Shown one piece after another: positions 23,107 through 33,678 of a DNA stretch of 38,243 nucleotides. This stretch comes from an uncultured Nitrososphaeraceae archaeon (GTDB taxonomy: Archaea > Thermoproteota > Nitrososphaeria > Nitrososphaerales > Nitrososphaeraceae): contig CAVXZB010000003.1 in NCBI GenBank assembly GCA_963765895.1, positions 1 through 38,243 of the forward strand, written 5' to 3'. The notes under the pieces were generated by a model. It was not told the origin of the DNA, ran no database searches, and worked only from the letters and a program-made list of their open reading frames with translations. A program made the translations under genes and the position numbers. Each line of letters opens with the position of its first letter. The first letter of the stretch is position 1.

Positions 23107-23669
23107 TCATTCTTGAAGAGCGACTTCTACTGGTGTGGGATTAGAGAATATATCAAATACAGGGGATCTCCCTTGCGCAAGTTCTACAAGTTCTCTTATT
23201 TTTTCTTTGGAGCTTCAGATTTGACTTTGAATGTAACCTTTACTTTCTCATATCCGTTTCTAACGTTTTCAGACATTCCAAGATTGCCTTGAAGGTCTAT
23301 GTCACCAGATAACGTGGTTTCTACCTCGTCTATCGCTACTCCTTGCGCTGCTGCATGGTAAATAAGAGTTGAAGTCAAGCAACTACTCAGAGCTGCAAGT
23401 GCGTACTCGCCTGCATTGGCTCCATGATCTTCTCCTAGGAGAACTGCTGGTTCGTCTTCGTCATACACAAAAGGTCTGCTTCTGGTATGAGTCTGACCGG
23501 CGCCATAAAAGTCGTTGATGGTTATTTGGTTATGGCCACCCCCAATCCAATCTCCTTTTGCACGGAAATTGAATTTTGAGAGTATAGGTCTGCTACTTAT
23601 GGCATCCATCGTGCCAATAAGTTTTGTGACATTTACCCCATTTACGATCTCTTGTTCCTGTTTAGCTAA
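23107..23669 (-). CDS. OsmC/Ohr-family protein; A-run frameshift near the 3' end, start uncertain
   Basis: IVNGVNV, DEPAVLLGEDHGANAGEYALAALSSC and GDIDLQG. One added A restores LAQGRSPVFDIFSNPTPV ending at 23107. Confidence 0.85.
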
Positions 23670-24130
23670 CTTTAAAATATCGTACTAAATTAATGTCGTA
23701 CTATGGACTGGATCTAAAAATCCGTAAATGGAATACTAAACAATTTCCTTCGACTCAAACTGATGTACGAACTGGAGGGAATAAAATCTGATATAAAGTG
23801 TACAATAAAGCTGTTAAAGACTTCAATATTTATAGAGAATTTTTGGTAAAAATACTGCGTTGACATTGCTGAACAGGCTTACAAAGGTGGTAGCGTCATA
23901 ATATTTTGACCGCCTTCGGCTATTTCTCGCTAGTTATAGCATAGTTTTTATCATCTTCACTATACACCAGTCTCTATATTAATCTCTCGATCCAGAAAGA
24001 CCTTTAATGCAATATGTTTCATAACGTTACTAGAATATACTCTTTTACATGGAACAAAAAATGTGATATGAAAGCATCATAACAGGCCACTAACAGACGT
24101 TTGCCTACTAGAGAATATATTATCTAAGTT

Positions 24131-24144
24131 TGCACTGCATTGCA
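24131..24144. promoter_or_regulatory. Perfect three-unit TGCA box between divergent OsmC and quinone oxidoreductase genes
   Basis: TGCACTGCATTGCA, followed after 12 nt by TATTAAAA (24157-24164). Confidence 0.65.
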
Positions 24145-24316
24145 GGATATTCATCATATTAAAAAGGGCCAAAGATTTCTATATTAGAGGTCAAAAATAG
24201 TATGATATCATGTACAAGTATCGTTCTCTTTGTTTTATATACTGTTATAGTATTTTCAGTAGCAGCTTTATCAGCTCCATCCAATAAATCCTTGCAACAT
24301 TCTACCCTGAATTATA

Positions 24317-25355
24317 ATGAAATATAAGCATATTGTGATACCTAGGTTCGGTGGACCTGAGAATCTCTTACTAGATGAGGATGATCTTCTTGAACCACGA
24401 GCTAATGAAGTGCGTGTAAAGGTGCTTGCTGCAGGAGTATCCTTTGCAGATATTCTTATGCGAGAAGGTGCTCATCCGGAATCCAGGAATCTTGGAAGAA
24501 CGCCATTTACTCCGGGATGGGATGTTGTTGGCGTTGTTGATAAATTAGGAGACAAAGTATCAACATGGCAAACAGGTCAGATGGTCGCTGCTTTACCAAT
24601 AGTCGGAGGGTATTCAGAATATATATTTCTGTCATCAAATGAGCTTGTACCAGTTCCCCCTGGACTTGATCCTGCTGAGGCTGTAAGTTTAGTATTGAAT
24701 TATATCACCGCTTACCAGATGCTCCACCGTTGTGCTCACATAAAACCTGACGAAATCATATTAATTAATGGTGGAGCAGCTGGCGGTGTTGGCACAGCAC
24801 TACTCCAATTGGGTAAGCTTGCTAATCTGAAAAAAATGTATGGAACAGCATCATATAGGAAGCATGCCATTGTATCTAACTTAGGTGGTATTCCAATAGA
24901 TTACAAGTCAGTAGATCTAGTTCAAGAGATAATCAAAGCTACGAGTCATGGTTATGATGATGATAATGATGAGTATGAATCCGGCGTAGACGCCGTATTC
25001 GACGGCATTGGAGGAAAATCGCTCAAGTCCTCATATGAGATTCTTCGTAGCGGCGGCAGATTAATCGCTTATGGAGGCACACCGACTACAGACCTCGGAG
25101 ATTGGCTGATGATGTTTACCTTGAATCTGGTTCCCGACAAGAGAATATTTATGTTGTATAGCATACAAACGCTAAAAAGACTAAAGCAAGATTGGTTCCA
25201 TGAAGATTTGACTTTATTGTTAAATTTACTAAAACAAGGAAAGATCAAACCTATCGTTGCGAGCGAAAATGCCTCTGAATGAGGCTGCGAAGGCTCATGA
25301 ATTACTGGCCGGCGGCTCAGTCGAAGGTAAGGTTGTCTTGATTTGTAACGATTGA
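24317..25355 (+). CDS. Zn-independent MDR / NADPH:quinone oxidoreductase-like protein, +1 frameshift near 25261
   Basis: FGGPENL, AAGVSFAD, FTPGWD, LNYITAYQML and GAAGGVG. Removing one base gives AKMPLNEAAKAHELL...GKVVL. Confidence 0.88.
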
Positions 25356-25856
25356 TAAACTAAGCAAATTAGTGTATTATTAAAACCTGTTTTAGGAACA
25401 AAAGGCAATGACAATTATTACACTATGACGATTGTGTGGCCGAGGTAAAGTTGGCTCTGAATATATCTGGTGAAGGATAGCTATTGAAATCAATCACGGA
25501 GAAATCCCCTTCAAGTAAGCATATTGATAGAGGAGTTGATATCTAACCTTAGAGCCTAATACTTGTCTTAAATCTGTAAATAGAATACAAGCAGGTTTAC
25601 ACTATATAGGATTTCTATTATTTTGTATTTGGTTGATTTTTTATTTCTTATATAATGGTAATCTTTTTAGATAGTTAGACCATATAAACAATAGGAAGGC
25701 TCATGACTGCTATTGCTCAGACAACTATGATAGTCTGCTGCCTTAGCATTACTTGTCTACATAGCGGTAATTGCTACGGGCATATATACCACACAGAGCG
25801 TACCATCTACTACTGATAACAAGAATTTAGCTGAACAAACTAAGCTTGATTCAGCA

Positions 25857-26336
25857 ATGCGTCAACGAATAGCTGCAAACCTAGATTACGTTCATAAAGC
25901 AAACTTAAATCAGGCATCATTAACTGTTCCTCTTCATGGAGTTAATCTTAGCAAGAATCAATTCATTTTATTATATGACTCAACGCCTTATGCAACTAAA
26001 GGACACATAGCATTGAATATGCCTTGCGATACTACCAGTCCTAGTGTTCCTCTATTTGAAGTGCTTGTTGGTCGAGCTCCAGAATTAGCTACCCTACCAG
26101 TTGGTTATATCCCTCAAATATCTAATCCACCAGATATGTGTGTATATCATGGTCAGTTTGGATTCGGAGATCCTGTCACAGACATTGCTCTGAAAAACAT
26201 ATCAAATAAGAATATGAGTCTGCTAGGACCACATTCTGTTGTAATAACTACTCATGAGTCATATATACCTGCAACACCATCATTTGAACAAATGCAGCAT
26301 AAAAATATCACATCAATGAATTCTACTCAAAAATAA
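25857..26336 (+). CDS. Hypothetical, probably secreted protein; signal segment lies upstream from about 25704
   Basis: 159-aa ORF with LYDSTPY, GHIALNMPC and MCVYH. A hydrophobic segment upstream is interrupted. Confidence 0.6.
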   Translation: MRQRIAANLDYVHKANLNQASLTVPLHGVNLSKNQFILLYDSTPYATKGHIALNMPCDTTSPSVPLFEVLVGRAPELATLPVGYIPQISNPPDMCVYHGQFGFGDPVTDIALKNISNKNMSLLGPHSVVITTHESYIPATPSFEQMQHKNITSMNSTQK

Positions 26337-26499
26337 TGATAAAAATAATCTAGGGAGCTAATAATAGGTAACAGGGTCATCCAAATTCAGCTCTGTTGCG
26401 GATCGAGTTAGTAAAATAAAACATCATCCTGTGGTATCCTAACAATTCTAGGATTATTGTATAGGTCATGCAGACTTAATAGGATGGTTAATAGATATC

Positions 26500-26842
26500 A
26501 GAGAAAGATCTGCTTAATATTATACAGAAAACAAAAGATGATGCTCAAGTATGGCTAGGAAATCTTTCGGTAGGTAAAGATGATTACATTGATGAATACA
26601 GATAGAGAATTATGGAACTCAACGAACAACGTAGAGATTTATTGGAAGTGGTTAGAAATTATGAAAATCAACCATTTGTTTAGATTGCTGCCCATAAAGA
26701 AATTCATGCTCTTACAAAATCTATTTTGCAACTATACGAAACACTTCCATTAATACTAAACAACAACAATAACAGTAATACACTTCCTGATGTTATTTAC
26801 GAGGATACGACAAGTTTATTTCCAGAAGTTTCTGTTCGGTGA
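26500..26842 (+). pseudogene. Decayed helical hypothetical gene
   Basis: DDAQVWLGNL...DEYR*RIMEL...FV*IAAHKEIHALTKSILQLYETLP reads in frame through two stops; start approximate. Confidence 0.4.
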
Positions 26843-26947
26843 AGTCCGAGAATTATTAATTGATTACAAAAATTCGACGTATGCCTGGTGCCATATAAAT
26901 ATACCCAAGTATAATTCACTGATATATTATATTATTAGGTTCAATAC

Positions 26948-27590
26948 CTAGCCAGAAAGAATGTGATCTAATGTTACTGTTTTCATAACTATGTCCCAAG
27001 GAGTCACTATAGAATAATCACCACCATACTCTTTACCTTCTAAAATCAAACATGGGTTGCGTATATCCATTAAAAGTTCTGCTCGCCTTACTTGTTGTAG
27101 TATCACATTTTACCCTCTTTATAGATAGTATATCCAAGTGATTAATTATGTCAATCTCTGCTAAACCATCAATACCATTTGCATGCATGATATTTCTTCC
27201 ATTATGACTTAATAGAAATTCTAGTATTTTTCTATCATTTATAATGCGAAGTAGTTTAGTTTTTCTATTGTCGTTATTATGATTGTTGGTTTTACTGCCA
27301 TCCTGATTACCCCCTCTGATACCAATATTTCGTATACCCTATTTGATCATAAGATCTATTGCATTTCTAATACTACTTTTTTTATCTACTGATATTAATT
27401 GGGAAGATAGATCTTTTATTGGTCTATCAATATTCATTTTCGTTATTATAGGTAGAATATCCCTTATGGAAATTGATGCAACTAACTCCTCCTCCTCCTC
27501 CTCCTCCGCTTCTGCTGTTGAATCGCGAGTACTACCAATTTTATCACTACTATTGCCGTAAAAGACATAATATGCTATCTTTTTATTTCG
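26948..27590 (-). pseudogene. 5'-truncated CBS-domain gene
   Basis: LVASISIRDIL, LISVDKKSSIRNAIDLM..GIRNIGI, IINDRKIL, KAAELLM and IVTPWDIV. No start codon before the integrase; stop near 27339 and frameshift near 27083. Confidence 0.7.
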
Positions 27591-27609
27591 GCCTTATGTT
27601 TGGTAGATT

Positions 27610-28810
27610 GTGGCTACAACGACAGCGGCAGCAACGGTAGTAGAAGAGTCAGACGCATACCGTAACTTTATCAACTCTATAGATAGTGAAGCAACTAGGC
27701 GTAACTACCGGTACATGTTTTCCTATTTTATGGCGTTTTGTAAAGAAACAAGTTATGATGATATGGTTGGAATGGAACCCAAGAGACTAGAAGGCGTAAT
27801 AAGAGATTATATAATTCATCTAAAACAAGACAAGAAAAGGTCTCAGGGTACTGTGTCAGCTTACATCTCTGCTATTCGTCATTTCTACGATATGAACGAT
27901 ATCGACCTACACTGGAAAAAGATAGCCAAGTTCAAGGGTAGGCGAGCGCTCGGTAGTGGAAGACAAGCCATACACCAGACAACAGATAAAGACATTGTTG
28001 GACGGCGCTACCCTACGAGACAAGTGCTTTGTATTCCTAATGTGTTCAGCTGGATTACGTCGCGGCGCTCTTCCTGGCCTGCGGCTAAAAGACTTGCAAA
28101 AGATAGACAAATACCAGTTATACAAAATTTCAGTCTATAAAAACGAGCAAGAATATTACGTAACTTTCTGTACCCCAGAATGTGCTCGATATATAGACCG
28201 ATACCTAGACTGGCGGCAGCGGCTAGGCGAACAGCTCAAACCCAATTCTCCATTACTACGTATTAGTTTTGATACAGTCACCCAACCAAACGTTCCCAAG
28301 CCGGTATCGATATATGTTGTAAACTCAAGAGTCAGGGCACTACTACAAAGAACAGGAGTAAGACCGGCTCAGGAGATATACCAGCGTACCGAATTAATGT
28401 TATCGCATGGCTTCCGTAAGTTCTTCAAAACTACCTGTATAAACGCTGGAATGCATCCACTGTATAGCGAATATGTTATGGGACATCGCTCCGGTCTAAC
28501 CAAGCCATACTTCAAACCGACCGACCAAGAACTACTGGAGGGGAATGACAAAGCTCTTGGTTATGTGGCGGCAATTAATGACCTAACTATAAACGAGGAA
28601 TATCGACTAGCCAAGAAAGTTAATGAATTGCAGTTGAAAAACGATCAGATTATGGAGATGGAAAAGCAACATAGAAAGGAACTAGAAAGTGTTCAAAACC
28701 AAATGAACCAGATATTTGCAATGATACGACAGAATCCTAAATTAGCGAAAATTAAGCAAGATGCATTGTTGAATAAAAAGATCCATCCTCCTCTTAACCG
28801 GAATGTGTGA
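27610..28810 (+). CDS. Tyrosine recombinase/integrase, +1 frameshift near 27944
   Basis: N-terminal core-binding domain (SEATRRNY...YISAIRHFY), catalytic SAGLRRG, HGFRKFF, MGH and KPY, then a coiled-coil tail. Confidence 0.9.
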
Positions 28811-28924
28811 TCTACTTAGAGCTATCCCAAAATTATCCGTCTGAATACAACATCCCAAACATACTAACGCAAAATAGTTTTCTAATTTCTTTTAGGCCAA
28901 AATATATTGGACTATATCATACTA

Positions 28925-29363
28925 AACTAGACAATTTTGTTTTCATTTACTAATAGAAATCAGTAGCAAAGAGCAAATTTAGTTTTGTGAAATCGTCCTG
29001 ACTTGAGTCTGTATGAAAGTTTCACTTTGGCAGTCCCAATTATGACGTCCAAATTACTGTTGGCGTGCGCCAACTGAATATCTGCCTGAGTTGTGGTGGT
29101 ATTGTATTTGCGTCTTAATTCGAACGGTAAGATTCTTTAAAGTCTTCTAAGGTGTCTTGACATTATAGTATCATGAAGTGCTATCTTTATATCATTCCGG
29201 ATTATGCCGTTAGCTAAGCCGTCTCTTTTACCTTTTTCGTATAATCTTTTGACCTCTCGTAGGCGCTGCTTATAGAGTCCTTTAACTGCTAGAGTAACTG
29301 GGTATACTCCTCTGAGTGGACTTTGTAATTAACTATGTCTGGCTCTGACTCTGATTCGGTCAT
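28925..29363 (-). pseudogene. Broken hypothetical gene of the element
   Basis: ATG 29363 overlaps the upstream stop. Frames read LYEKG...GLANGIIRNDIK...SRHLRRL*RILPFELRRKY with stops and shifts. Confidence 0.4.
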
Positions 29364-29572
29364 TTCTTATCTCTAGTAACCATATCAATTCTGTTACGAG
29401 GATCTAAAAGTTCTCCCGTAATATCTTCGGGTAAACCCATATGAAGCACTTCGTTATTACACTGAGAACATATGAATTCCATTGCACCAATATGGATAGA
29501 AACTTTCATTTTGTCGCATATACAATCAAGACATACTAGCAGATCGTGCGGGTTGTTACATTTGGTAGGCAT
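29360..29572 (-). CDS. Small Cys-rich (Zn-binding) protein
   Basis: CNNPH, CLDCIC and CSQC in 70 aa; operon-like spacing. Confidence 0.55.
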   Translation of the reverse strand: MPTKCNNPHDLLVCLDCICDKMKVSIHIGAMEFICSQCNNEVLHMGLPEDITGELLDPRNRIDMVTRDKK

Positions 29573-29578
29573 TTCTTA

Positions 29579-29758
29579 CTAACCGCCTCTCCTGCCCTGC
29601 TGGACGTAGCAATCTACTAACTGCTCAATCAGTTCGCTATATAACTGATTTATGCGACCTGTTCCGTCCAGTCTGTTTTTAACTTGTGCGCTTAAGGTCA
29701 TGTCTGTTCGGTCACCTTTACCTGTATTTATGTTGCTGCCTGTATTTACGTTACTCAT
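29579..29758 (-). CDS. Small RHH/CopG-like protein (59 aa, not in the ORF track)
   Basis: MSNVNTGSNINTGKGDRTDMTLSAQVKNRLDGTGRINQLYSELIEQLVDCY...: strand-helix-helix pattern. Confidence 0.55.
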   Translation of the reverse strand: MSNVNTGSNINTGKGDRTDMTLSAQVKNRLDGTGRINQLYSELIEQLVDCYVQQGRRGG

Positions 29759-30162
29759 GTTGGTAATTCACCATATAATTTGAATTAACTGACTGCTTTA
29801 AATAAATGTCGTTTCTTTTGCGTCGCCGTTTGCAGTTATCAGCCGACAAACAAAGCTCTCAACAGTTTTGCCTTTTGGTTTCGTATAATATTAGTAAATG
29901 CTTAGTCCTGCGACTTTAATCTAATGTGGGTTATAGCAGAGGTTTTTCTAGCATATGACCTCGAGGACGGCCGTCCTGACTACCTCTATGCTACATTGAT
30001 AGGTTAACCGTTAATTAAGATATAAACAGTCAGCAACATAGCATTTAGAACAGACTTCCTAAACGCAGTAAAGACAGCAGGCTATGGACAAACAAGAACG
30101 GTATGGCATCTACACTACGTAAGCAGTAATGCGACATGGACTAAGGTAACAACCCTAGCCAT

Positions 30163-30182
30163 AGGCGCTACGCGTAGCGCCT
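30163..30182. repeat. Perfect 20-bp GC-rich palindrome
   Basis: AGGCGCTACGCGTAGCGCCT is its own reverse complement. Confidence 0.9.
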
Positions 30183-30450
30183 CTAGTTTATATACTAGTT
30201 CCAGTTAGCCTCAGTGCAACTATAACCGTAATACCGAATACAAAGATAACAGTTAGCAATGTGGCAAAATATAGGTCTGTCATTTCTTTTTGTACGCTCT
30301 AATCTCTCTGGATATAACGCTGTCTATATCAAAACCAATAAGCAAATACCAAAAAAGTGGGATACTTCCGATAAGTTTGTCTATCGTTTGTATTTCATCA
30401 CTTTCCGATGTTCATTTAAGTAAGTAAGAGATGAAATACTACTAACAGAG

Positions 30451-30723
30451 ATGTTACTGAATAGAAATAGCAGCGACACCAACTATGATAGCAACGGGGT
30501 TATCATTAGTTGTTCAAGGAAAGACTGTCTGTATACATGGCGATATAAGGGACATGCTATATTTTTTGCATGCTGTCCACGCTGTAGAAGAAATAACAGG
30601 ATCCTCAGAAACGCGAATATGGATAAGAAAATACTACTTCAGCATGAACAGGTTGGTCGCCTTACACATGCTGAAGCAGCGGTCGCATACAGCATACCAG
30701 GAGTGATACCTGATACACTATGA
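30451..30723 (+). CDS. Zn-ribbon protein
   Basis: CSRKDCLYTWRYKG...ACCPRCRRN; ATGA overlap with the next gene. Confidence 0.65.
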   Translation: MLLNRNSSDTNYDSNGVIISCSRKDCLYTWRYKGHAIFFACCPRCRRNNRILRNANMDKKILLQHEQVGRLTHAEAAVAYSIPGVIPDTL

Positions 30724-30902
30724 TGTCTGGTAATTATTATACTGATGGCATACATGTTAAACATTTTGGTGGATATTGCGAAGCTTACGATTGCAAATCA
30801 GTAGTGGCCACTGCTGTTAACGTAAAAGTCGGTGATCAGGGCGTAATAACTCTATACCTGTGTGAGCATTGTGCATCGGAATTCAAAGAGGAACAGAAAT
30901 GA
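30720..30902 (+). CDS. Small Zn-finger protein
   Basis: CEAYDC...LYLCEHCASEF; ATGA overlaps at both ends. Confidence 0.65.
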   Translation: MMSGNYYTDGIHVKHFGGYCEAYDCKSVVATAVNVKVGDQGVITLYLCEHCASEFKEEQK

Positions 30903-31420
30903 CAACCTTGATAGTAATTGTTGTTAATGTAACCAAGTCGAAGATGATATCCTTCTTGATTATTTTCATGGATAGAGGTACAAGTACAACTGGAGTAGCA
31001 GCATTACTATATCCTGAGTTACCATCTGTAGTAGACATAAAAGCTAAAGCAATAAGCAAAACTAGGAAAAATAGTTTAAGCGCGGGAGCAATAAAGGATG
31101 AGCTAATATATCAACTCTCAGCAAAGTGCATAATCAATTGGAAGACTCTTGAAATCACGCAAAAGTACTTCAAGCGAGCCGAATTTGTTCTTTATCGTAT
31201 CAACTTATAGAATCCAACTACACCGCCTGTATTCATAATCAATACTTCAGATTTTACGCCATCATTGTATACAGAATTGGAGCAGCTAAAAGTATCTTTA
31301 CCACATCAATTTGATAAGGTAGTAACCGAAACGGTACAGGTCCTCTTAGAAGGAATTAACAAAAGGTATTATCACATAGCCGGCCTGTCATACAAAGTTA
31401 CATGGAGGTTAGAGCTATGA
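30899..31420 (+). CDS. ORF with an internal TAG (31208-31210); C-terminal half resembles the MCM N-terminal A-domain
   Basis: The frame continues past the TAG as VFIINTSDFTPSLYTELEQLKVSLPHQFDKVVTETVQVLL...VTWRLEL*, overlapping the MCM ATG. Confidence 0.5.
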
Positions 31421-33549
31421 CATTAGAGGGTGTAATCAGCGGCCCTACCATTACGTCAGACAATTATGAGATGTCAGTATCACAAGCTGCAAGGCTCACT
31501 CAGGAAGTGTTAGAGTCAGGGGGATTATATCTGGAATCTCCAAGCTAAAGAAGATAATCAAAAGTCAGGAATATGAGTGTGCAATCTGTGGCAATGTAAT
31601 GAAAGTTACTCCTAATATTATATTTGAAGGCCAGAAACATAATTTTGCAGACGAAAGACCAAATCTATATCAACCAATTACGAAAGGACCAAGCAAATGT
31701 TCTAACAAATATTGCAATTCTAACGCAGAAAGTGATTACACAGCTGCACGACAACCATGGCATGCAATTCCTAGGCTGGAATATGTTAATGCAATAGTAT
31801 TAGAGCTTAAAGACATAGAGACATTCAGCGACATCGATCCTCTGAAAGCTGTAGTATTTGATAATGATACTATAGAAGTACATGCACACTTGGGCGAAAT
31901 AGCTACAATAAATGGGAAGATTCACGTAATCTCACTTCCGAGAAAAGACACAGTCGCATTTCTGTATGTAGAAACTATCGAATATGAATCCAGCCACGAA
32001 ATTATCATTACTACACATGATAAAGCTGCAATTGAAAAACTTGTCACAGTTGCTAAAAGACGAAAAATGAGTGTGCTTGATATACTGGGTTTCATGTTTG
32101 CATCTGACATCATTGGTAATAACACGATAAAGCAAGGGATGTTGTTATGCGCAGCTTCTACTAACAAAGATGAAACTCAGAAGAAAATTCATGTTCTAAT
32201 TATTGGCGATCCAGGTCTTGCCAAATCAGCTATGCTCAGAAGGTCTATCGAATTAGTTCCAAACAGCAGGTATGAAAGTGCAGAGAACTCCTCTGGCAAG
32301 AGTCTTACAGCAATTGTTGAGAAGGAGGATGAAACTCATATCTTAATAACTGGACCTATCCCGGCAGCTAAGGGTGCTACGTGTGCTTTAAATGAATTGG
32401 GAAGAATGTACTTTGAAGATCAAAAGCACTTACTGAGTATAATGCAAGAACAGTCATTTACAATAAATAAACATGGAATTAATGCTAGAATATCTTCTCC
32501 GACTGCGATAATTGCATCAGCTAATCCATTAAACGGAGAATGGGATGATCCGGAAAAAGTTAACCTTGATGAGATTCCTGCCATAAAGCCATTGATAGAT
32601 AGATTCGATCTGATATTTGTTGTTAGAAATATGAGGGACAAATTGGAACTTAGAAGCTACGCCAGCAAAAAGCTTGATTTATGTGGCAGAAAAATAATTC
32701 CTGACTACACACAATATCTCAGAAAATATATAGAATATTCGAAGCGATTCAATCCTGTCTTGTCTAAAGAAGCAGAGCATATGCTAATGGGGTTTTATGT
32801 CAACATAGCATCAAGTTATGGCTCACCTAGGATACTAGAATCACTTATAATTATAGCTAAAATGATTGCTAGACTAAAATTAAAGACAATAGTAGACGCC
32901 GAAGATGCGTATGAGTCTCAGCAGCTTTACAACGTAATATTACAGCGAGCTTCAACAAGTAGTTAACATCAAAACAAATCCTAACGATGAAGCTTACAAC
33001 ACCTGTATTGAAATCCTAAAGGATTCGTATTATGCAATGCAGTTTGAAGAGCTTGTAAAAATAGCATGTGATAAGAATATAAGAGTCAAATCCTATATAG
33101 GAGACAAGCACAAGCTGCGAGAAAATAGTAAGATAAGACCAATTATTGAAAGATTACGAAATCACAGTCGGGTAATTATAGTAAGTGAGAAGCCTATTGT
33201 CTTGAAATGGGATAAAGAACATGAGTTAGCTGGCAATAACGGTGGTACATGTGCTGCATGTGATATATGTGATGAAGTAAACAATACTAATCTAAGCAAA
33301 GAAAATAATAGTAACGATATTCAATACGATATTTTCAAGAACGAACCTATATCACATGCATCACATACCGCACATAGTAGTAGCAATCGTATAAAAGAAT
33401 CAGATATACTACAACAAGAAAGTCCATGTAATGCGGGACACATTAGTCGCGTTTCTCCACATTCAGACATATGGGTATGTGAAGACTGTAGTATCAAGGG
33501 CGATAAATGGTTCATGTTAGAGCATACTTGCAAAGGATTGAAAAATTGA
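31417..33549 (+). CDS. mcm: MCM-family helicase of a mobile element; frameshifts near 31496 and 32947
   Basis: VRVRGII, Zn finger CAIC...CSNKYC, Walker A IGDPGLAKS, SSGKSLTA, Walker B-like LNELGRM, ASANP, IDRFD and SPRILES. C-terminal helical region and CEDC...HTC. Confidence 0.88.
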
Positions 33550-33678
33550 CAAGCATGCATATACAAACAGGTAAGATAGAAAGCAGTAACGCAGATACAA
33601 GAAACCAACCAAGCATAACCATAGACCGACGCAATACTTAACTGTAAATCAGAATCACATATATCACATTCATCACAT
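33249..33678. repeat. Three triplet arrays of a 9-bp NNATCACAT repeat (iteron-like)
   Basis: 33249-33275 (inverted), 33349-33375 and 33652-33678. Confidence 0.75.

Noticed and set aside
27930-27960. Programmed ribosomal frameshift in the integrase
   Set aside because: There is no slippery heptamer, and the same GCGAGC context explains shifts in unrelated genes.
29949-30200. Cloning-vector polylinker (NdeI, XhoI, EagI, HpaI, PacI, MluI, SpeI sites)
   Set aside because: The sites are scattered and mostly centres of longer natural palindromes; there is no vector marker or origin.
31208-31210. Pyrrolysine or amber readthrough at an in-frame TAG
   Set aside because: No pyl genes are present. 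Compensating indel errors (GCGAGC at 31174 plus a short A-run) or a nonsense mutation explain it more simply; the same applies to the TAG near 27339.
33249-33678. CRISPR array or Cys-rich antisense gene (33321..33701)
   Set aside because: The units are 9 bp without unique spacers, and no cas genes are present. The antisense CDxCDxCD peptides are a by-product of the DNA repeats.
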